From Ktedonobacteria bacterium (lineage in GTDB: Bacteria; Chloroflexota; Ktedonobacteria; Ktedonobacterales; JACDGC01): a stretch of DNA of 64,000 nucleotides. How positions within the stretch are numbered: the stretch's first letter is position 1; each line of letters begins with the position of its first letter. Where the stretch lies: NCBI GenBank assembly GCA_027459525.1, contig DAIDIC010000210.1, positions 12,326 to 76,325 on the forward strand, in the 5' to 3' direction. This document shows positions 57,737 to 64,000 of this stretch, piece after piece. The notes beneath the pieces are model-generated. The model was not told the DNA's origin, did not search any database, and saw nothing but the letters and a program-made list of their open reading frames with translations. The translations under genes and the position numbers were made by a program.

Positions 57737-59014
57737 ATGGCTACATATCTAATTTTAAGCGATCTGCATTTAAGCGGCGGCGCGGCAGATCCGTGGAACC
57801 CTATTCGGCAGAAGGCGTTTGAAGAAATTACTAACGCCGCTATGCCTGGCCAAAGCTTTGCCGATGATTCGGTTGAACTTATTTTTAATGGCGACACCTT
57901 TGATTTTCTGAACACTCCCCCTTCATTGGCAAATCATCCTGCTACCGATGTAGCGACAGCGCATGAAAAATGGTCCGCCATTGCATTGGCGCATGATCCA
58001 TGGTTTCAGGCGCTTCGCAAATTTACCGCTATTCCCGGCCGAAAAATTACCTTCCTCATTGGCAATCACGATCTCGAATTGTGGTATCCTTCCATTCGCG
58101 CGCGCATACGCTCGGCCATTCACGCTGCTCCTGGGCTAGTGCAGTTTTGTCTGACTCAGTCTTACCAGCCAAGAACAGATTTGGTAATAGCCCACGGCTG
58201 CCAGCAAGACATTTTTAACTATATCCCCAATATTTGGGAAGCAGACACAGAGCCATCAGGGCCAGATCATCTGGAACGAAATGATATGAGAACCGCCCCG
58301 GTCGGTGACTTAAAACTTCCGTGGGGTTCGCGCTATTACTACCAAATTATGCAGCCAATGCTGGAAATGTACCCATATCTCATTCATATGAATCCGGAAC
58401 TCACTTTACACGAGCAAATTGCGCTATTTTGTTTATTACAGCCAAAATTAGCAGAGCAAAACGCCGCAAAAATGCAAAATTTGGTTACGTCTCCAATTCA
58501 TTTTCCAAGTTTTTCCACCGGTGATATCGCACAGCTTTTTGCAGATATTACCCAACTGCAAAACCAAATTATCGGGGAATTACGCGAAACAGTACATATA
58601 CCGGCTTCCAATTCAACAGAAGAGTATGATCGATTATTGAACATACTAAAGTTTTCCGGCGTTTCCGATGCGTTACGACGTATTATTACCACTCCCCACG
58701 CAGAGTATCCCGTACAGTTAGCTCCGCAAAACAGCGCTTTTTATATATACGGACACACACACTTCGCCGGACGATGGCGCAATGGCGCAAATCAAACAGC
58801 GATTAATACGGGAACATGGATTCCTCAATTTACCCGCCCCAAAGACGCTGAGTGGAACCCTGAATTCGAGCAGTGGTTTATGCAGCCCAATTCCACGCCT
58901 TATCCGGGAGCAGACACATCGCGACTTACTCTTGCGTGGACCCGCGCATACCCGCACAGCGCATCTTCCACCGAATTAATCGAATGGAAGAACGGCAGTT
59001 TTATCCTCGTATAA
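57737..59014 (+). CDS. Calcineurin-like metallophosphoesterase, unknown specificity
   Basis: ILSDLHLSGG, NGDTFDF, GNHDLE, GHTH motifs. GAGGA RBS before ATG 57737. The track ORF start at 57641 overlaps pnkp. Confidence 0.75.
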   Translation: MATYLILSDLHLSGGAADPWNPIRQKAFEEITNAAMPGQSFADDSVELIFNGDTFDFLNTPPSLANHPATDVATAHEKWSAIALAHDPWFQALRKFTAIPGRKITFLIGNHDLELWYPSIRARIRSAIHAAPGLVQFCLTQSYQPRTDLVIAHGCQQDIFNYIPNIWEADTEPSGPDHLERNDMRTAPVGDLKLPWGSRYYYQIMQPMLEMYPYLIHMNPELTLHEQIALFCLLQPKLAEQNAAKMQNLVTSPIHFPSFSTGDIAQLFADITQLQNQIIGELRETVHIPASNSTEEYDRLLNILKFSGVSDALRRIITTPHAEYPVQLAPQNSAFYIYGHTHFAGRWRNGANQTAINTGTWIPQFTRPKDAEWNPEFEQWFMQPNSTPYPGADTSRLTLAWTRAYPHSASSTELIEWKNGSFILV

Positions 59015-59023
59015 ATTATGTTT

Positions 59024-59068
59024 AGCAGGGATTCAAAAAATATGGCGGCGCGCCGGTGAATCCCTGCT
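59024..59068 (+). terminator. 11-bp hairpin after the metallophosphoesterase gene
   Basis: AGCAGGGATTC, 23-nt loop, GAATCCCTGCT, starting 10 nt after the stop. No clear U-tract. Confidence 0.4.
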
Positions 59069-59210
59069 CGTTAATGATACCGCTTATCAAAGATTTCACC
59101 AAGCAAGCTCACGAAGGCGCGGCGATATTGGGGTTGAACATTAGTTTTTCTCAAAAGCAACATGATAGGGGCGGTTTTAATGCATGGTGGTTTAGGAGAG
59201 GAAGAAAGAG

Positions 59211-59284
59211 TGGGCAGTACAAGACTCGAACTTGTGACCTCGTCGGTGTGAACGACGCGCTCTAACCAACTGAGCTAACTGCCC
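59211..59284 (-). tRNA. tRNA-Val (anticodon CAC)
   Basis: Minus strand GGGCAGTTAGCTCAGTTGGTTAGAGCGCGTCGTTCACACCGACGAGGTCACAAGTTCGAGTCTTGTACTGCCCA folds as a cloverleaf: 7-bp acceptor, GCTC/GAGC D stem, CGTCG/CGACG anticodon stem with loop TTCACAC, ACAAG/CTTGT T stem. CCA is not encoded. Confidence 0.95.
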
Positions 59285-59553
59285 AAAACCATTGAATAGC
59301 TGATACTTGGTTATATCATGCGCCGCGCCGGTCTGTCAAGGTGTTTTTCTCCGATCTCGTGTGGATTGTGTTTCTTAAAACAGCGATGGGCAAGAGGCGA
59401 CGTGTGAAAAGATATATGTTTCCGCAATATGAAAAACCACTATACTTATAGTAGCGTCAGCCTATTAGGGCAACCTTGCGGCTGCCCCGTTATAGCGTTA
59501 GTCAGGCGCACTTGCTGCGACGCAATCGAATATTTTGCCGCAGCAATGCACAG

Positions 59554-60408
59554 TTAATATCCAAGAGTGTTCGTAAATGCGTTGGCAATAACCTGATACC
59601 CGGTTGAAGTCGGGTGGATATTGTTGAAGAAACTGCACATCCACGTATAGCTGCATATATTGCTTGCTTGGTTTGAGCCACCGAAAGCAGCATATACATT
59701 CACTACAGGAATACCGAACATGGCTGCGTCATTTTGAATATTTGTATTTAATTGCTGCACATATGGAATGGTGTTAGGGCATTGCAGCGCAAATGGATCA
59801 TAATAATTCATCATCACCAAATCGCCAGTGCGAACACCATTTACTGTTAACGCATTGACCAGTTTGGGAAGAATAATATTATTGAGATTATAATTTAATG
59901 TGCTCAGCGCGCTGGTCCAAGAGGATGAAATGCTGCAATTCGATGCGTTAATATAGGGAAGCAAATCATTTGCGCCCATATCCAGCGTAACCGGGCTGAC
60001 ATTGCCTTTATGATTATTCAGAAAATTAACCGCAGCGGTTAATTGCGCGCCCCAATAATAGTTATGCAATATATACCAATAGGGACAGTTGCCGCTGATC
60101 ATAGAGTTAGAAGTTTCGCCATTGCAGCCATAATTAGTTAAGCTGCTCGACCCATGATACTGCAGATTTTGGTAGTAGAGATCTTCCACATAACCTTCGT
60201 CCCAGTTTAAATCCGGCTGAAAGCCGAACGCTAATGAATCGCCAAGCCCAAGGTAGTAGTGTTTTGCGCCAACAAATCGTGTTGCAGCGGCGGCTTTCGG
60301 GGTGAAAGCAAACATTCCCATGGTAAAACTGAACGCCAGAAGCACCGACATTGTGACGAGAGAGATGCGCCGCAAATGTGAACGAAGCATACCTTGCCCT
60401 TCTTTCAT
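59554..60408 (-). CDS. Secreted SGNH/GDSL-family hydrolase
   Basis: Signal peptide followed by the YLGLGDSLAFG block I motif. Start at an internal Met (MKEGQG or MLRSHL) is more plausible than 60507. Confidence 0.75.
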   Translation of the reverse strand: MKEGQGMLRSHLRRISLVTMSVLLAFSFTMGMFAFTPKAAAATRFVGAKHYYLGLGDSLAFGFQPDLNWDEGYVEDLYYQNLQYHGSSSLTNYGCNGETSNSMISGNCPYWYILHNYYWGAQLTAAVNFLNNHKGNVSPVTLDMGANDLLPYINASNCSISSSWTSALSTLNYNLNNIILPKLVNALTVNGVRTGDLVMMNYYDPFALQCPNTIPYVQQLNTNIQNDAAMFGIPVVNVYAAFGGSNQASNICSYTWMCSFFNNIHPTSTGYQVIANAFTNTLGY

Positions 60409-60562
60409 AGAAAATAAATACCCATCTTTGGGGAAATAAAAGAAACCTAAACGGCCCCAACGCCGTATATACCATATTAGGTGAACTATAACACAGTATA
60501 TGAGCAAAATTTTACCATATCTTTAAGAAATTTTCAATAGCAGAAAAAAACTTTTGAATATT

Positions 60563-60633
60563 CAGGACTTTCGTTTCAGTAGAAAATTTGGGGGTATACA
60601 AGGGCGCGGCGCCTCTTGCAAGCGAAAGTCCTA
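60563..60633 (-). mobile_element. MITE-like repeat, copy 7: internally deleted (about 69 nt core), reverse orientation
   Basis: Both termini (AGGACTTTCG... / ...AAGCGAAAGTCCT) and the apical hairpin are kept, and about 65 nt are missing. Flanks ATATT / ATATA (4 of 5 identical). Confidence 0.8.
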
Positions 60634-60686
60634 ATATATTAAATATATCGCCGAGCGGTTGAATAAGCGCTGAAGCGCTGCGGAAA

Positions 60687-61685
60687 CTATAAATCCGACG
60701 CACTATTTGATTCTTCTGTCAGTGGCTTTGCAATTACAAATCCATCGGGAGCAACCCGCCGAAACCCAAACCATTCATATAGTCGATGCGCATGCGCATT
60801 GGCTTCTTCCGTGTTCAACAAAATGCGCACAGCGCCGGCGCGCGCAAAAAATTCTATCGCGGCGCGCATCAGCCGGGCGCCGATTCCTCTGCTGTGTAGC
60901 GCCGGATGCACTCCAATTCTAATCAAAAATCCGATAGAACCTTCCACATCACTGTATTGGTACCCCAAAATTACGCCATCGTCATCTACCGCAACCACAA
61001 AAAAAGGATTATTTTGGTATATCTCGGTAAATTCTTGCGCGTTATGCCGCCATAATGGCGCAAATGCTGCGTTTTCTACCGCACAAATAGCTTCCATATC
61101 TGTTTCCGGCTGAAAAGGACGAACCTGCACATATTGCGCGCCTTCCGCAGGGATTGATACACCATATTTATCATATGACCATAATTGCGATTGCATAGTA
61201 AATCCTTGCTTCAGCAGCAGTCCCTTCAGCCAATCATTTTCGGTGTCATATCCCGAATAATAGAGACACTCCGCGCCGTTGGCCCGCAACATAGGGTACA
61301 GCGCCGCTAAACTTCTTTGCAGATATACCTCTAAGCGCTGATGTTCTCCCCACTCTGCGCCGAAGCCGCCTATCCATGCGCTGGGCGCCACTACCGATGA
61401 ACACAACAGAAACGCGGTGTAGGGATTGTTTTTGCGATATACAATAACTCCGGGTCTTGTAGCAATCAGCGCCGACAGTTCATTCGGTAAAAATCGCTGT
61501 GTCGACCATGGAGACTGCGTTAAAATCTGCATGATACCATCACTGTCTTCATGCGAAACAGGCCTGATAAATATTTCCGGTGTGTTCAGAAAAAGCACCT
61601 GCGATTCACAAAATAATAGGCTTTTGTCGCGCTGACGCGCGTATTCACAGACAGAATAATATAGCGCATTGCAAATGTCAAACAT
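60687..61685 (-). CDS. Two-domain GNAT-family N-acetyltransferase
   Basis: The C-terminal domain has HPALHSRGIGARLMRAAIEFF (acetyl-CoA Q/RxxGxG/A motif). An N-terminal second GNAT-like half is present. Confidence 0.7.
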   Translation of the reverse strand: MFDICNALYYSVCEYARQRDKSLLFCESQVLFLNTPEIFIRPVSHEDSDGIMQILTQSPWSTQRFLPNELSALIATRPGVIVYRKNNPYTAFLLCSSVVAPSAWIGGFGAEWGEHQRLEVYLQRSLAALYPMLRANGAECLYYSGYDTENDWLKGLLLKQGFTMQSQLWSYDKYGVSIPAEGAQYVQVRPFQPETDMEAICAVENAAFAPLWRHNAQEFTEIYQNNPFFVVAVDDDGVILGYQYSDVEGSIGFLIRIGVHPALHSRGIGARLMRAAIEFFARAGAVRILLNTEEANAHAHRLYEWFGFRRVAPDGFVIAKPLTEESNSASDL

Positions 61686-61760
61686 GCTTTAAATCCGATT
61701 GTACGGCAAAAATAGCTTTTTCATCCATTGAACGGGCAGGTGAGCATTGAGCATATTTGT

Positions 61761-61789
61761 TTGACAGATCACAAATTTAGAAGTATAAT
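61761..61789 (+). promoter_or_regulatory. Consensus sigma-70-type promoter upstream of rpmH
   Basis: TTGACA (61761-61766), exactly 17 nt, TATAAT (61784-61789). Confidence 0.55.
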
Positions 61790-61901
61790 TGATGGTGAAT
61801 TAATAAGCGCTTTCAAGGCATTTCGGCTTTGCAAGCCATTATTGTAAGGAGATGCGGCATATACTGTTTGACAGGTATAGCAAGCCGCATATAAATGCGA
61901 C

Positions 61902-62048
61902 ATGAAACGAACCTATCAGCCCAAAAAACTCCCGCGTCTGCGTGTACATGGCTTTTTAAAGAGAATGTCTTCTCATGACGGCCGCAAAGTATTAAAATCT
62001 CGCCGTTTGAAGGGTCGCTGGCGCCTGACTGTTGGCGCTTCAAAATAA
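61902..62048 (+). CDS. rpmH: 50S ribosomal protein L34
   Basis: Own translation [48 protein letters not shown]. At 48 aa it is below the ORF-track length cutoff. Confidence 0.95.
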   Translation: MKRTYQPKKLPRLRVHGFLKRMSSHDGRKVLKSRRLKGRWRLTVGASK

Positions 62049-62050
62049 TA

Positions 62051-62389
62051 GTGAAACGCTGGGAGAGAATCTGCCTGCAACGCGATTTTGACGCGGTATA
62101 TGCCCACGGCAAAACCATAAAACGGCCATCTTGCGTTATAGCTTGGGCGCCGAATACGTTACAGTTTTCTCGCTTTGGCGTTGTCGCCAGCAAACGTGTA
62201 GGCGGCGCCGTTGTGCGCGCGCTCGTAAAGCGCCGAATACGCGCCATTGCGCAAGAAATAAAAGATTCGCTGCATATACCCTGCGATATCATTATTTCTG
62301 CCCGCCCGCTTGCCGCGCGCCGCGAGTTTAGCGATCTGCGGCGTGATATTTGGGAAGCTATAAACGCAGCGGGCCTGCTTAAACAATAA
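62051..62389 (+). CDS. rnpA: Ribonuclease P protein component
   Basis: GTG start 2 nt after the rpmH stop. RFGVVASKRVGGAVVRALVKRRIRA RNR-type motif. Confidence 0.9.
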   Translation: MKRWERICLQRDFDAVYAHGKTIKRPSCVIAWAPNTLQFSRFGVVASKRVGGAVVRALVKRRIRAIAQEIKDSLHIPCDIIISARPLAARREFSDLRRDIWEAINAAGLLKQ

Positions 62390-62434
62390 CACGCGCCATT
62401 TTGCGCCGCCGCCAAGATTGCGAGGCATTGCACT

Positions 62435-62647
62435 GTGAAATATATTGCTCTTTTTCTCATCCGGCTCTATCAGAAATTTATTTCTCCTCTTTTTCCTCCA
62501 TCGTGCAGATTTCAGCCAACCTGCTCTCACTATGGATATGAGGCGATACAAAAATATGGCTTTCTGAAAGGCGGCGTTATGGCCATAAAACGCATCGGCA
62601 GATGTCATCCCTTCTATAAGGGAGATCTATACGATCCCGTGCCATAG
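62435..62647 (+). CDS. yidD: Membrane protein insertion efficiency factor YidD
   Basis: [35 protein letters not shown] canonical YidD. Confidence 0.95.
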   Translation: MKYIALFLIRLYQKFISPLFPPSCRFQPTCSHYGYEAIQKYGFLKGGVMAIKRIGRCHPFYKGDLYDPVP

Positions 62648-62750
62648 CCGATTATAATCACTATACTGTTTTGATATGCAATATTTGTAAATTTGGCGTA
62701 AGTTTTATTCCCCGGCAGCGCGTCGTGGAAGATTTTTGGGAGGCTCTATC

Positions 62751-64000
62751 TTGGGCGGTATTGGGCAATTGTTCGGCTATGTTTTCTTTGAGCCGACGTT
62801 TAATCTGTTAATGTTTATCTATGGTGTTATCCATAGTTTCGGCTGGTCCATCATTCTTATGACTGTCATTGTTCGCATGCTGATGATACCGCTTTTTATG
62901 AAGCAGCTTGAATCACAGCGCCAAATGCAGAATGTTACACCTCTCATTCAAGAAATTCAGAAAAAATATAAGAATGATCCCCAAACCGCAAATCGCGAGA
63001 TTATGCGGGTGTATAAAGAACATAACGCCAGCCCGGTAAGCGGGTGTCTGCCAAATCTTATTCAACTCCCCTTTATTTATGGCCTCTTCGACGCTTTTAA
63101 TCAAATTTTAAATGGCGCAAAGCCTGCCGTTCTGTATTCTCAACTCTATCCATTTGTAAAACCGGTTTTTGGCAGCGCAAATTCATATTATTTAGTGAAC
63201 CTAAATCATTTTATGCAATTTTGGGGCTATAACCTCGCAAAACCAGATCCATATTATATCTTACCGATTCTGGTTGGTTTAACTACGTTTGTGCAAACAC
63301 GCATGATGCTAAATGTCACCAAAAATCAACCGCAACAAGCCAACGCAAGTTCTTCTCAGCAAAACGCCACCCAAGCTTCTATGCAGATGATGCAATATGT
63401 TATGCCAATTATGCTGTTCTTCTTCAGCATACGCTTTGCTTCGGGCTTGTCTGTGTATTGGACAGTCAGCACACTTTTTATGGTTATTCAGCAAGGGTTG
63501 GTGTATGGAACCTTTATTCCCTATTTGCCAAAATCAATTGCCAAGTTCATGCCAAAACCCGCTATGAGAGTCGCTGTAGCCGCCAATGCAGGATCAAACA
63601 GCCTAAATGTCAGTTTGTCTAATCCTTCTGAGCCTGCTTCTAAACCATCTTACAACCGATTTAACAGATTAAATCCCGGCACAGTCGTAGACGCGGACAC
63701 GAAAGAATTACCGGATTCGGCGAATGATTCTCGACATGAAGCCGAAAACAACCAAAATAATGACGCCGCTATGAAGCAAAATTTCCCGGCAGCCAGCCAA
63801 CCCAAAACACCAAGAGAAGCTAAACCCAAAAAGCCGCAAGTACAGTTTATTTCTGACACTTCGGCTGAAGCACAGCCCGAAACACATTCTGTTGTCAAAC
63901 CTTCACCGGCTGCGGTTTCAACAATGAAGACGAAAACACCTACAAAACCGGTCCAAACACATTCAATGGCAAAAGGTAACGCCGCCGTCGGCGCCAAAGC
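62751..64000 (+). CDS. yidC: Membrane protein insertase YidC/Oxa1 family (short form) with a long S/P/K/T-rich C-terminal tail; runs off the right window edge
   Basis: Own translation from TTG 62751 (GGGAGG 7 nt upstream): ...SIILMTVIVRMLMIPLFMKQLESQRQMQNVTPLIQEIQKKYKNDPQ...GCLPNLIQLPFIYGLF...SGLSVYWTVSTLFMVIQQ. Open to the end of the window, so it is absent from the ORF track. Confidence 0.9.
   Translation, partial: MGGIGQLFGYVFFEPTFNLLMFIYGVIHSFGWSIILMTVIVRMLMIPLFMKQLESQRQMQNVTPLIQEIQKKYKNDPQTANREIMRVYKEHNASPVSGCLPNLIQLPFIYGLFDAFNQILNGAKPAVLYSQLYPFVKPVFGSANSYYLVNLNHFMQFWGYNLAKPDPYYILPILVGLTTFVQTRMMLNVTKNQPQQANASSSQQNATQASMQMMQYVMPIMLFFFSIRFASGLSVYWTVSTLFMVIQQGLVYGTFIPYLPKSIAKFMPKPAMRVAVAANAGSNSLNVSLSNPSEPASKPSYNRFNRLNPGTVVDADTKELPDSANDSRHEAENNQNNDAAMKQNFPAASQPKTPREAKPKKPQVQFISDTSAEAQPETHSVVKPSPAAVSTMKTKTPTKPVQTHSMAKGNAAVGAK

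Noticed and set aside
61813-62460. 215-aa minus-strand ORF.
   Set aside because: It is antisense to rpmH and rnpA, both of which are unambiguous on the plus strand.
1-64000. CRISPR arrays, rRNA genes, intact transposases or integrases, prophage blocks.
   Set aside because: I saw no regularly spaced direct repeats, no rRNA-like conserved stretches, and no ORF with transposase or integrase motifs. The only mobile-element coding traces are the two relics reported.

Overview
This 64-kb window looks like the chromosome of a monoderm, Chloroflexota-like bacterium. That lineage call is an inference from gene content only and was not checked by any search.

Most of the window is ordinary housekeeping and metabolism:
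- a MoxR-DUF58-DUF4129 triad;
- a Liv-type ABC importer operon ending in an amidohydrolase;
- rplI;
- a complete secretin-less Tad/Flp pilus locus (flp, cpaB, tadZ/cpaE, cpaF, tadB, tadC, two tadE-like genes, one tadG-like gene);
- a membrane GT2 glycosyltransferase;
- an ArsR-HTH fused in frame to myo-inositol-1-phosphate synthase;
- PNP, MarR and YceI;
- a dnaG-rpoD-ybaK-polB string;
- murG;
- a PknB-like kinase;
- a DUF4388 / Cache-sensor / cNMP-binding cluster;
- a fused E1 alpha-beta dehydrogenase and an SDR;
- ruvC and yebC;
- an EF-G paralog;
- a cupin and a Zn-ADH;
- a ligase-less Pnkp-like kinase-phosphatase plus a second metallophosphoesterase;
- tRNA-Val(CAC);
- an SGNH hydrolase and a GNAT;
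- rpmH-rnpA-yidD-yidC, with yidC running off the right edge.

The strongest signal not explained by genes is a family of about 137-bp, highly structured, MITE-like elements. There are six full copies, one internally deleted copy, and degenerate or solo-hairpin relatives. All are intergenic and they occur in both orientations. They have 13-bp terminal inverted repeats and 5-bp target-site duplications, and the tip of one hairpin is hypervariable and in one pair inverted. I could not assign the family to any named IS or RNA family.

Other points worth a second look:
- a TnpB C-terminal relic with an IS-end-like hairpin wedged inside the liv operon;
- a frameshifted DUF4351-type relic;
- a predicted pseudokinase next to the Tad locus;
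- an alpha/beta hydrolase whose nucleophile Ser is Ala.

No CRISPR array, rRNA or intact transposase was seen. All calls rest on reading the ORF translations and the DNA by eye. No database search or folding program was run.
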